From assembly GCA_017541375.1 (NCBI GenBank), contig JAFXZE010000007.1, positions 128,989 to 192,988 on the forward strand: 64,000 bases of DNA, in the 5' to 3' direction. This DNA comes from Clostridia bacterium (GTDB lineage: Bacteria > Bacillota > Clostridia > Christensenellales > UBA1242). The translations under genes and the position numbers were made by a program. The notes under the pieces are model-generated. The model saw only the letters and a list, made by a program, of their open reading frames with translations, searched no databases and was not told the origin of the DNA. Every line of letters starts with the position of its first letter. Within the stretch, counting starts at the first letter, position 1. This document shows, piece by piece, positions 40,606-49,671 of this stretch.

Positions 40606-41325
40606 TTAAACTTTCCCAAATCGGCGTTTGCGCCTTTGGTAGTTTATTAATGCAAGTTGTAATTCTTGTGGTGAAAAATCTGGCCAAAGCGTCTTGGTAA
40701 AATATAGCTCGCTATATGCCATTTGCCACAACATAAAATTGCTAAGTCGCAATTCCCCACTCGTCCTTATCACAAAGTCTAGTGGTGGTAAATCACTCGA
40801 GTACAATAACTTTTCAAAATCTTGTTCTGATATTATTTCTTTATTATCCTTAATGGCCTTATTCACTGCTCGCAATATTTCATCTCGACCTCCGTAATTT
40901 ATCGCAAGATTTAATCTAGCAGTTTTACAATCCGCAGTTTTAACCAAAATTTCATCCAGAGTCTTTACCAAATTTTCTGGGAGTTTTCTATAATCCCCTA
41001 GTATAGTCACTTTGGCTCCATTTTTTACAAGGTTTTCCACCTCGTCTGTTAGATATTTATCTACTAACTTGAATATTCCATCAATCTCTTCTTGTGGACG
41101 TTTCCAGTTCTCTGTAGAAAACAAAAACAATGTAGTAGATTTTATACCCAAATCGTATATATGCTGCACAACCTTTTTTAAATTTTCACACCCAGCCTTA
41201 TGCCCTGCGTTTCGAGGTAATCCTCGCTTAGTTGCCCAGCGCCCATTGCCGTCTAAGATAATGGCAATGTGATTTGGCAAACGTTCTAAATTTAAAAGTT
41301 TATTTATCTTTATTTTCGCGCCCAC
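40606..41325 (-). CDS. uppS: undecaprenyl diphosphate synthase
   Basis: HIAIILDGNGRWA, FSTENWKRP, IRTSGELRLSNFMLWQ. Confidence 0.94.
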   Translation of the reverse strand: MGAKIKINKLLNLERLPNHIAIILDGNGRWATKRGLPRNAGHKAGCENLKKVVQHIYDLGIKSTTLFLFSTENWKRPQEEIDGIFKLVDKYLTDEVENLVKNGAKVTILGDYRKLPENLVKTLDEILVKTADCKTARLNLAINYGGRDEILRAVNKAIKDNKEIISEQDFEKLLYSSDLPPLDFVIRTSGELRLSNFMLWQMAYSELYFTKTLWPDFSPQELQLALINYQRRKRRFGKV

Positions 41326-41409
41326 ACGCCACTCCTTTCTTTTTATTATAGCCCAATTTATATTATTTAGCCAAATATACTATATGATATTATCTCCTCA
41401 ATTAAAACA

Positions 41410-41979
41410 CTATACTTCGGTAATTTCTTTCTCTTTTTGCGCTAGCATCTGGTCAGCTTTGTCTGTAAAGTTATTCAATATCTTTTGCACTTCGTTTTCC
41501 GCTTGTTTTAATTCGTCTTCTGTAATCTTTTTGTCATTTTTCAATTTTTTGAAAACATCAAGACACTCTCTACGCGCGTTACGCATTGTTACTTTTGTAT
41601 CTTCACAGAATTTTTTCACCATCTTCACGAGTTCTATTCTTCGCTCCTCAGTTGGTGCTGGTACAAACAATCTGATAACTTTTCCATCATCACTTGGGTT
41701 AAGACCTAAGTCACTTGCTTGAATAGCTTTCAACACTTCTTTCAGCTGACTAATATCCCAAAGTGAGATTGCAATTGTGCGTGGATCAGGAGCTGAGATA
41801 TTTGCCATTTGCTTGAGCGGAGTCATTGTACCATAGTAATTTACCATTATCTTGTCAAGTAACCTAGGGTTTGCTCGCCCTGCCCTTACTGTGCCCAATT
41901 CGCTATTTAAGTGATCTAGGCTTTTTTGTAATTGTGCATTCAATCCATCATAAAGTGATTTGTCATATTCGTTTAACAT
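41410..41979 (-). CDS. frr: ribosome recycling factor
   Basis: 189 aa. LGTVRAGRANPRLLD, PDPRTI, PAPTEERR. Confidence 0.95.
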   Translation of the reverse strand: MLNEYDKSLYDGLNAQLQKSLDHLNSELGTVRAGRANPRLLDKIMVNYYGTMTPLKQMANISAPDPRTIAISLWDISQLKEVLKAIQASDLGLNPSDDGKVIRLFVPAPTEERRIELVKMVKKFCEDTKVTMRNARRECLDVFKKLKNDKKITEDELKQAENEVQKILNNFTDKADQMLAQKEKEITEV

Positions 41980-42107
41980 AATTATTCTCCTAAAACTAAA
42001 TATGTATTATTTTACTTGTTTTTTCTCATTTTGGCAAATGTTTTTAACTAATTTTATAAAATTTAATTTCATTTTTATTATAGAAGAAAAAAAATAGAGT
42101 CTGCACC

Positions 42108-43577
42108 CTATTTCTGACCGCCTTCTATAACACCATCTTTACAGTGGATTGTCGCATTTATCAACTGATTATTACCTGTTTTATTGATATCGATTTTTTT
42201 CCACTGTTTTTTAGTGCCATTATAGTAGATATCAGTTATTTCTGTAAACGACCTCCAATCATATCCAAATGCACACATACCAATTTTTTTTACTCCACTA
42301 CCGATATAAACTGTGTCAAGAGCCATAGTTCCACTAAATGCCCAATTACCAATTTCTTCTACACTATCTGGAATAACTAGTGCTTCCGATGGAAAATTAT
42401 TTGGATAGAGTAAATGAAATACATTACCTGCACAAAACCAACTCTCAAAAGCAGAATCACCTATGTACTTAACATTTCGTCCCATTGATAATTTACATAT
42501 ATTAGTACATCCACTAAAAGCTTTTGCCCCTATACGCTCTACACTATTAGGAATAGTAACATTATTTAAACCTGTACAATTTGTAAAACAATTTGGTTTG
42601 ATAACTTTAATGCTTGAAGGTATGGTTAAATCCATTAATATTTTATTATTAACATACAAACTATACCCTATGTGATAACCCGCTTTATTTGTATCAGTAA
42701 CAAACGGATATTTATCCATATTACACCACGCCTCAAGACTACTTATATTAATTCTAGAAATAGCACCACATCCATTAAATGCTGGCACACTATATCCTGT
42801 ATATGGTTTTGGTAAAGGCTCATCAGTTCCTGCTATCTTTTTTAAATTATTATTTAATGTAAGTGTAGTGATATTGGTACACCAGTTAAAAGCACCCGCC
42901 CCCACTTTCGTCACAGGCAAACCACCTATTGCGTTTGGAATTTCTACTTCTGTAGCTGCGAAATTTTTGGTACCAATAATAGTAATTTCTGAATTTTCCA
43001 CCTGATAAAATAAATCACCATATACTTTTATTTTACCTGCAGAATACCATTTTATCGATATTGTCATATCATTATTTTTTTCTACAATATACTCAAAATT
43101 TTTCTGCGTCAATGGTCTATCCTGATATTGTCCGTCATTGAAATAATACCCTCCAAACACAAAGCCTGATTTTGTTTGCGTTTTTGGCAACTTTTTCATC
43201 AAATCTTCACAACTAGATGCATTTACTGCTTTACTTTTGCCATTATCTACATATGTAAATGTCGCATTTACTTTTTGTGATTTTTTTATCATAGTATCAT
43301 AATCATCAGCCTGCTCTATAAGCACGTCTTCTTTAGGTTTTATTATTGTATTTACACTTATATTTCCATTTCCGTCATCCTCAACCTCAGTAACACGATC
43401 GTATACATCATTAAAGCTTTGATTAACAACATTTTTGTCAGTCGTTTCGCCCTTTACCATAAAAACTTCAGTTTTTGTTGCTGAATTCCCTGCAATAATA
43501 ATATATCCAATTAATACCAGTAATGCAAATACAAAAACTATTATAAAAGTTAAAGAAACCGCCTTCCCTGCATTCAT
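42108..43577 (-). CDS. membrane-anchored surface protein with BspA-type leucine-rich repeats
   Basis: 489 aa. N-terminal TM (VSLTFIIVFVFALLVLIGYIII). C-terminal repeats of the form IP.SV..IG..AF.GC..L..V. Confidence 0.7.
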   Translation of the reverse strand: MNAGKAVSLTFIIVFVFALLVLIGYIIIAGNSATKTEVFMVKGETTDKNVVNQSFNDVYDRVTEVEDDGNGNISVNTIIKPKEDVLIEQADDYDTMIKKSQKVNATFTYVDNGKSKAVNASSCEDLMKKLPKTQTKSGFVFGGYYFNDGQYQDRPLTQKNFEYIVEKNNDMTISIKWYSAGKIKVYGDLFYQVENSEITIIGTKNFAATEVEIPNAIGGLPVTKVGAGAFNWCTNITTLTLNNNLKKIAGTDEPLPKPYTGYSVPAFNGCGAISRINISSLEAWCNMDKYPFVTDTNKAGYHIGYSLYVNNKILMDLTIPSSIKVIKPNCFTNCTGLNNVTIPNSVERIGAKAFSGCTNICKLSMGRNVKYIGDSAFESWFCAGNVFHLLYPNNFPSEALVIPDSVEEIGNWAFSGTMALDTVYIGSGVKKIGMCAFGYDWRSFTEITDIYYNGTKKQWKKIDINKTGNNQLINATIHCKDGVIEGGQK

Positions 43578-43834
43578 AAAATCGACCCTCCCTTTTTGAT
43601 TTTACATATTAATTATAGCAATAAAGCTAAATTTTGTCAAACGATTTAATATAAAAAATAAAAATTTATTTATTTTTTTATTAATTTTGTTATTATTTTA
43701 ATAATAAAGGCTTATTTTCTGTTTATAAAAGAAGTAATCATAGATTTTATGATTTAATATATCTAAGTAAAACCAAATTAGTTGCTAAATTCATTATTCT
43801 GTGATATTATAAAACAAAAACAAAGGAACAAATT

Positions 43835-44107
43835 ATGAAAATCTGGACAAAAATTATCAAAGGTGAGAAAATACTCAAAGACAATGTTTACACTATAGAA
43901 AAATTTAACTTAAACTATATATATGATTGGTTAGAAGAAATCTGTCACATACTTGATGAACCACTCCCCATCATACTAAATAAACACTTATCACACATCA
44001 ATGAATTCAATTCCACTACCTTTCTCCCTGCCGATTTTGTCGAAAATGTAAACTTTGAAAGAATGGTTATAGAAATTTTTGATGAAAATCCTCAAAAAAA
44101 GAAGTGA
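43835..44107 (+). CDS. hypothetical protein (90 aa)
   Basis: ORF with AAAGGAA RBS 6 nt upstream. No motif I recognise. Confidence 0.4.
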   Translation: MKIWTKIIKGEKILKDNVYTIEKFNLNYIYDWLEEICHILDEPLPIILNKHLSHINEFNSTTFLPADFVENVNFERMVIEIFDENPQKKK

Positions 44108-44177
44108 AAACATTTGCCATATCAATAAGTTTGTGCTAAAATCGAAAAAGCAAAGAAATAAAGGCTAGGTAAAAAAA

Positions 44178-44570
44178 ATGGAAAATGATAATATCGCTTA
44201 TTATATAAATTTTATTCGTAAACAACAAAATACTAGTTTCGGTGGCAGCCGAGAAAAGTGCAACCGATTTATAGAAGAAACATTACCCGATGTGCTCAAA
44301 ATGATGGATAAATACTCCGCTGAGGACAACCGCTGGTGGCTAACTGGCGGAGCAACAATGGCATATTACCAACTAAAAGAAATCAGCACCATAATCGTGG
44401 AATACACCGATTTTATGGAAAATCTATCCCGATTACTCGAGCGACCGATTCAATCATTTGAGGTTGGACAAAACTACTGGGCTACCCTTCAAGAAGCAAC
44501 TGTTGCTTATCGTGATTATGTAAAAAATGGCCCCAAGCCACCAATACAAGATGAAGAAAAAATACTTTAG
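44178..44570 (+). CDS. hypothetical protein (130 aa)
   Basis: ORF followed by a clean terminator. No recognisable motif and a weak RBS. Confidence 0.4.
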   Translation: MENDNIAYYINFIRKQQNTSFGGSREKCNRFIEETLPDVLKMMDKYSAEDNRWWLTGGATMAYYQLKEISTIIVEYTDFMENLSRLLERPIQSFEVGQNYWATLQEATVAYRDYVKNGPKPPIQDEEKIL

Positions 44571-44586
44571 TTTAATAACACTTATG

Positions 44587-44614
44587 AAAAAAGGCTTGAT
44601 AAGCCTTTTTTGTT
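44587..44614. terminator. bidirectional rho-independent terminator
   Basis: aaaaaa-aggctt-gat-aagcct-tttttt. Confidence 0.6.
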
Positions 44615-44639
44615 AACAACATCGCCGTTACAGCACGGA

Positions 44640-44685
44640 AAAGCATAATGCTTCATCCGAATAGAAGTGTAAAGCATTTCTGTTT
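44640..44685 (+). repeat. GC-rich intergenic element, copy A (short variant lacking the central hairpin)
   Basis: aatgcttcatccg (44647-44659) is 12/13 identical to copy B. It continues with aatag, as in copy C, and is preceded by the small palindrome aagcat-a-atgctt. Confidence 0.45.
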
Positions 44686-44739
44686 TTATTTTTGCATACC
44701 AGATTTACTTAATACTTTTTATCAAAAAAATAAGTAAAT

Positions 44740-45792
44740 CTACAGATCTAAATCTGAAAACAGCTTATGCAATTGATTGGCTTGATTTTCATCCATATGC
44801 GCCCCCAAATGTTCAAAAGCCTTAGGCATTGCCACACGCCCTTTGCTTGTACGCGCTATCATACCCTGCTGTATCAAGAAGGGCTCATATGCCTCTTCAA
44901 TTGTGGTTGATTCTTCCCCAGTAGCAGCTGATAGGGTGTCTAATCCTACGGGGCCGCCACCAAATTTATTCACAATGGCATCGAGTAACCTTCTATCCAC
45001 ACCATCCAGCCCTAGTTCGTCTATCTCCATCATCTTGAGAGCTTTTTGTGTAATATCAACATTAACATTATTCTCACCAAAAACTTCTGCATAGTCTCTT
45101 ACACGCTTAAGTAAACGATTGGCAATACGTGGTGTACCTCGTGATGACTTTGCTATAAGTAACGCAGCATCATCATTGATAGCAATATTAAGAATCTTAG
45201 CTGAACGCAAAAGAATTTTACTCAAATCCTCTGGTTCATAAAGTTCTAACCGCCCTAATACTCCAAATCTATCACGCAAGGGCCCCGTGAGCATACCTGC
45301 TCTAGTCGTAGCACCGATAAGCGTAAAAGGTTGAATTTTTAACCTAATACTCTTGGCCGATGGACCTTTCCCTACCACAAAATCTAGAGCAAAATCTTCC
45401 ATTGCTGGATATAACACTTCCTCAACAGGTCGACTAAGTCTATGTATCTCATCTATAAATAATACATCATTTTTCCCAAGATTAGTCAGTATTGCTGCAA
45501 GATCAGCTGTGTGTTCAATAGCAGGTCCGCTAGTTACTTTTATCTGCGCCCCAAGCTCATTTGCTATAATGTGTGATAGCGTAGTTTTTCCTAATCCCGG
45601 TGGACCAAATAGCAACACATGGTCTAGCGCCTCACCCCGGGCTTTTGCTGCCTTGATATACACCTTTAGGCTATCTTTAAACTTTTGCTGACCTACATAT
45701 TCCCCCAGAGTCGAAGGACGCAAACTATTTTCTATCACTTCGTCGATTTCCGACTTTGTGCTCGCTATAAATCTATCATCTTCGTATTCCAT
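44740..45792 (-). CDS. ruvB: Holliday junction branch migration helicase RuvB
   Basis: Walker [31 protein letters not shown]. Confidence 0.97.
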   Translation of the reverse strand: MEYEDDRFIASTKSEIDEVIENSLRPSTLGEYVGQQKFKDSLKVYIKAAKARGEALDHVLLFGPPGLGKTTLSHIIANELGAQIKVTSGPAIEHTADLAAILTNLGKNDVLFIDEIHRLSRPVEEVLYPAMEDFALDFVVGKGPSAKSIRLKIQPFTLIGATTRAGMLTGPLRDRFGVLGRLELYEPEDLSKILLRSAKILNIAINDDAALLIAKSSRGTPRIANRLLKRVRDYAEVFGENNVNVDITQKALKMMEIDELGLDGVDRRLLDAIVNKFGGGPVGLDTLSAATGEESTTIEEAYEPFLIQQGMIARTSKGRVAMPKAFEHLGAHMDENQANQLHKLFSDLDL

Positions 45793-45795
45793 CTA

Positions 45796-46392
45796 TTATT
45801 TCCCCAATTCCTTAAAACATTTGGCTAATAAAGTCTCAACTGTGTCTGTGGTAGTAAAAACGCGATTTAACACATTTTGTGCTTCCATGCTACTTACCCC
45901 CCAGTCTAACAGCACACTATTGACTTGAGCATACACTTGACTTTCATTAATTTCGTGAGTTTTGATATCAACTTCTTCAAGATGTGATAAAGCATCTATC
46001 TTTTCTTTTAATTCGAGCAATATCCTTTCTCTTATCTTTGTACCCACACCTTTTATGCCTTTTAATATACTAGCATTTTGCGTAGCTATAGCAAAACTAA
46101 GGTCCTGAGCACTCACACCACTAAGGATATTTATTGCCATCTTTGGCCCAACACCATTGACTAACAAAAGTTTTAGAAAAACTTCCTTTTCAAAAGTGCT
46201 TGCAAATCCAAATAAGCTCAGTTCATCTTCACGAACATGTAAATATGTAGGCATCATCACTTCATGCCCTACTTCTCCTAGAGTATTGTAGCAAAATGAT
46301 GACACACAGACATCGTACCCTATCCCATTATTTTCGATAACTACATCTCCAAAACCTTTATAAGCAACCGTACCTTTTATAAAACTTATCAT
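45796..46392 (-). CDS. ruvA: Holliday junction DNA-binding protein RuvA
   Basis: 198 aa. MISFIKGTV start. HhH motifs LLLVNGVGPKMA and LKGIKGVGTKIRERI. Confidence 0.92.
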   Translation of the reverse strand: MISFIKGTVAYKGFGDVVIENNGIGYDVCVSSFCYNTLGEVGHEVMMPTYLHVREDELSLFGFASTFEKEVFLKLLLVNGVGPKMAINILSGVSAQDLSFAIATQNASILKGIKGVGTKIRERILLELKEKIDALSHLEEVDIKTHEINESQVYAQVNSVLLDWGVSSMEAQNVLNRVFTTTDTVETLLAKCFKELGK

Positions 46393-46892
46393 AATATCTT
46401 TCTCTCCATTTGACTAATCATTAATTTACTGGTTTGGCTATGACACAGAGCCACCGCCACAGCATCCGCAGCATCATCGGGGCGAGGAATCTTCGTTAGA
46501 TTGAGTAGAGTTTTTACCATAAACTGAACCTGACTCTTATCTGCTTTTCCTATGCCCGTAAGAGCAATTTTTATCTGCTGCGGTGTATATTCATAAACGG
46601 GCAAATCTTTATTTATTACGCTAAGCAATATCACTCCCCTAGCCTCAGCTACTGGAATACCTGTCGTAATATTTTTATTGAAATATAGTTTTTCAATTGC
46701 TACCTCATTAGGGCTATATTTATCGATGAGTTTTTGCATACTCTCATAAATCGCCTTAAGTCGCATATTAAATTCCATTTCCTTAGGGGTTGTAATTACT
46801 CCATAATCAACTACACTATTACCTTTGGTTTCCTTATCAATGAAGCTAAAACCAATTATCCCGTATCCTGGGTCAATTCCCATTATCCGCAT
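46389..46892 (-). CDS. ruvC: crossover junction endodeoxyribonuclease RuvC
   Basis: 167 aa. MRIMGIDPGYG start, catalytic acidic residues, DAADAVAVALCH. Confidence 0.92.
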   Translation of the reverse strand: MRIMGIDPGYGIIGFSFIDKETKGNSVVDYGVITTPKEMEFNMRLKAIYESMQKLIDKYSPNEVAIEKLYFNKNITTGIPVAEARGVILLSVINKDLPVYEYTPQQIKIALTGIGKADKSQVQFMVKTLLNLTKIPRPDDAADAVAVALCHSQTSKLMISQMERKIL

Positions 46893-46980
46893 AAATTACT
46901 CCTTTTGATTATCATACCAAAAAAACCTTTTTTTGTAAACAATTTTGATAACTTTATCACCAAAAATTTTGAAGCAGCAA

Positions 46981-47040
46981 GCTAAAGCACATGGCAATGA
47001 ATATCAGCTCGAGCGCTTAGCGCTCGCCGGATGAAGCATA
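46981..47040 (-). repeat. GC-rich intergenic element, copy B (full length, inverted relative to A and C)
   Basis: The minus-strand sequence tatgcttcatccggcgagcgctaagcgctcgagctgatattcattgccatgtgctttagc aligns to copy C at 38 of 53 ungapped positions (hand count). Central hairpin cgagcgc-taa-gcgctcg. Confidence 0.55.
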
Positions 47041-47050
47041 GTTACTCCTA

Positions 47051-47081
47051 ACAAAAAAGCTATCCCCTAACTTGGGATAGC
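47051..47081 (-). terminator. rho-independent terminator after the 51-aa ORF
   Basis: Minus strand: gctatccc-aagttag-gggatagc followed by tttttt. Confidence 0.7.
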
Positions 47082-47100
47082 GTTGGATAAACAAAACATG

Positions 47101-47256
47101 TTACTTTGCTTTTTTAGCTCCACGAGAGCGTTTGATAGATGATTCAGAACCACACTCAACACTCTTTTCTCTCTTGCAGCTTGGACAATTTTTTGATGAT
47201 CCACCAGCACAAGAACACAACTTTGTTTTTGTCTTTGAAGATGACCTTGCAGCCAT
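47101..47256 (-). CDS. 51-aa Lys/Ser/Cys-rich small protein (unknown function)
   Basis: ATG at 47256 lies 7 nt after GGAGGTGGAG. Sequence: MAARSSSKTKTKLCSCAGGSSKNCPSCKREKSVECGSESSIKRSRGAKKAK. Composition: 5 Cys, 10 Lys, 4 Arg, 12 Ser. Terminator immediately downstream. Confidence 0.5.
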   Translation of the reverse strand: MAARSSSKTKTKLCSCAGGSSKNCPSCKREKSVECGSESSIKRSRGAKKAK

Positions 47257-47352
47257 ATCTCCACCTCCGTTTATTTGCAAACCGGCTTGCATCATTATTG
47301 TGTGTAGTTTAATCTATTTCATACTACTATCGGAGTTGGAAAAATATGTAAA

Positions 47353-48993
47353 TTAACAAGAGAGTTCTCTATCAACTTGTGCTTCTTGTACAGCAGCCTT
47401 TTCCTGAGCTTCTCTATCAAATCCCCCACTAGCTTCCTTTTCATTTAGTTGTTCATTAGTTAATTGAAAATTATCCATACTTACCATATCAGCTTTTAAG
47501 CATGGCCCTTCACCAGAGCCACCAGTTTCATCGACACCAGTATGACAAGCGTTTTTAGGCCCACCTATGCCGATTAGCATAGCGATAATATTAGACCCAT
47601 CTAGAGTTGTAATATCAGCTCTCTGGAATAAATCAGGATTAATACTCCGATCACACAACATTTCATATTCTTGCCAAGCTCTATTATTTGAGCTTTTATC
47701 TCCCAGATATCCTTTCTGCTCTTTTGTAAGAGCTTTGTCAATTTCATCATAAGTTACTTTTGACATATCAATATCATTGTCTGCGTATAATAGTTTCATT
47801 CGCCTAGAGCCGTCTTTACCTTTAAAATATAAGATATATGCCCTAAACCCAAGCCCTTTTGTGCCTATCTCTGGATGCTCAGCAAAATACAACTCACCCT
47901 CTTCAGTGATAGCTGTATTCTTTATCATGTCTATTTTTTTAGAATAAAGAACTTTAGATATTTTTTTAAATGACGATCTAATTACCTCTTGAGGAAATGT
48001 TACAGCCTTACCCATGCTATCGAGTATCCTTTCATTACGAGGTATTCCATGAGGATTCGTACCATTTGAGTAGGGTTCGTAAAAATCCTCATCCATTCCA
48101 AAGTGACGCAACACATCTTTCATTGTGTAATTCATATTTCCCATTGCGGTCATAGCCCATGTTAAATCCACTGGAATAGTCCTAAAATTGCCACTAGCAT
48201 CTTTTAAAATAAGATTTACCCACGCATGCTCCCCAACTTTTTCTACATATTCGCAATCTACACCCATACGTTGCAAAAGTGTAGTATATGCATCCGATAT
48301 TCCAGCACAAACTCCATTAGGGCCATATTGATGATTAAGCACACAAACTAGCGAGCGTAAGAAATCACGCCCATTGTTATCTATCATATGATCATCATGG
48401 TCTTTATTTTTGTATTCATACTGTAACATATCACCAAGCTTTAAAAAACCATATAACGCCTTGTCAACATCACTCCATTCTTTCTGTGTATTCACATAAT
48501 CGGCAATTTTATCTAAACGACTGTATATAAAGGACAAATCTCTAGCTGAATGAAGCGTTAATTCTTTGTAATAACTATTATTAAATTTGTCTTGATTTAA
48601 ATAATCATAACTTGTTGTATCAGAAAACAGCACATCTTTATCTGTGATTTTAAAAAGCTGCTCAGGAGCAATTCTATCTCTTTCCCCTTTAGTACCGTCC
48701 AGTTTTCTCCCAGCACTATTATATACTATCACGCATTTTCCGGCTTTGTTTGTTTTTTTAATATCTTCAATTGTTTTATTTATCTTTTCGATATCTTCGT
48801 CAGTTAATTCACCTTCAAGATAAAAGTAATTTTCATATGAGTAGTCAAAGTTTGAGTTTTTACCATTTTGATTAGGAAGCTTGTATTTAATGTTGAGCAT
48901 TCTCTCTAATTTTTTATCTACCAAACTTTTATCCATGTCTGGGATATTTTTATAAAGTTCACTTTCTTTAAATTTATTTACTTCAAAAATCAT
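47353..48993 (-). CDS. transglutaminase-fold (Cys-His-Asp) protein, 546 aa
   Basis: NGVCAGISDAYTTLLQRMGVDCEYV (Cys), GEHAWVNLIL (His) and IPVDLTW (Asp), in transglutaminase-core order. Flanking N- and C-terminal regions are unrecognised. No signal peptide. Start overlaps the upstream stop (ATGA). Confidence 0.65.
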   Translation of the reverse strand: MIFEVNKFKESELYKNIPDMDKSLVDKKLERMLNIKYKLPNQNGKNSNFDYSYENYFYLEGELTDEDIEKINKTIEDIKKTNKAGKCVIVYNSAGRKLDGTKGERDRIAPEQLFKITDKDVLFSDTTSYDYLNQDKFNNSYYKELTLHSARDLSFIYSRLDKIADYVNTQKEWSDVDKALYGFLKLGDMLQYEYKNKDHDDHMIDNNGRDFLRSLVCVLNHQYGPNGVCAGISDAYTTLLQRMGVDCEYVEKVGEHAWVNLILKDASGNFRTIPVDLTWAMTAMGNMNYTMKDVLRHFGMDEDFYEPYSNGTNPHGIPRNERILDSMGKAVTFPQEVIRSSFKKISKVLYSKKIDMIKNTAITEEGELYFAEHPEIGTKGLGFRAYILYFKGKDGSRRMKLLYADNDIDMSKVTYDEIDKALTKEQKGYLGDKSSNNRAWQEYEMLCDRSINPDLFQRADITTLDGSNIIAMLIGIGGPKNACHTGVDETGGSGEGPCLKADMVSMDNFQLTNEQLNEKEASGGFDREAQEKAAVQEAQVDRELSC

Positions 48994-49601
48994 CTATTCC
49001 CCTCCACAATAAAGGCAGTAAACTGTCCATCATCTTCCAACACTTCGACAGTCACCCCGCTTGCCTTTAAAAAAGCTTCATTTTCTTTGTATTGAGCCAA
49101 AGATACTACAATTTTTTTCACCATAATGTTTTTCACAAATTCAAAATTATCTACTTTACATGCCCAAACATGCACATACTCTGCTTTTGGCCTAAAATCT
49201 TCATCAAGTTCCATGTTTCTGAGTATCATCCTATCCGCTGTCAAAAAATTTACCATGTCTTCAGTATGCTCACACCCATTCATATTTAACTCTTGTAGAT
49301 GTACTCTATCAAAAACAAAAGGATCCACAATAGTAAAATCGCACCTGATAAAACTAATTGTTTTGAGAGTTTGACGCAAAATTGTAGCAATAATTTGCGT
49401 ACTAAGTACACAATCTTTCACCGTCAAACCAGTTAACTCCGTAAATTTATTCAAATCCAAAAAATCCACATCAAGTATTTGCCCATTTATATCATAGTGG
49501 TCAATTGATAGATATTTTACTTGTTTAAGCTCCTCTGGAGTATAATTATCTTTTTTCCCAAATTGAAAAAATAGACTTTCTTTTATGCTTGTTGTTTTCA
49601 T
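48990..49601 (-). CDS. hypothetical protein with leucine-rich-repeat-like periodicity, 203 aa
   Basis: Repeated L..L.L..C/N pattern (LTGLTVKDCVL, LKTISFIRCDF, LQELNMNGCEH, LRNMELDEDF). RBS GAGGAGAG. Translationally coupled to the downstream gene. Confidence 0.5.
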   Translation of the reverse strand: MKTTSIKESLFFQFGKKDNYTPEELKQVKYLSIDHYDINGQILDVDFLDLNKFTELTGLTVKDCVLSTQIIATILRQTLKTISFIRCDFTIVDPFVFDRVHLQELNMNGCEHTEDMVNFLTADRMILRNMELDEDFRPKAEYVHVWACKVDNFEFVKNIMVKKIVVSLAQYKENEAFLKASGVTVEVLEDDGQFTAFIVEGNR

Positions 49602-49624
49602 ATTCTCTCCTCAAATTTTTGATA

Positions 49625-49653
49625 ATTATACTCTAAACACAAAAAAAAATCAA
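49625..49653 (-). promoter_or_regulatory. sigma-A type promoter for the LRR-like/transglutaminase operon
   Basis: Minus strand TTGATT, 17 nt, TATAAT. Confidence 0.45.
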
Positions 49654-49671
49654 CTTTTTCTATACAGAATA

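Noticed and set aside
47067-47356. Alternative ORFs overlapping the 51-aa gene: 47067-47264 minus, 47132-47356 plus, and the longer 64-aa version starting at 47295.
   Set aside because: Only the ATG at 47256 has a properly spaced strong RBS. The other frames lack ribosome-binding sites, and the plus-strand ORF runs against the terminator orientation.
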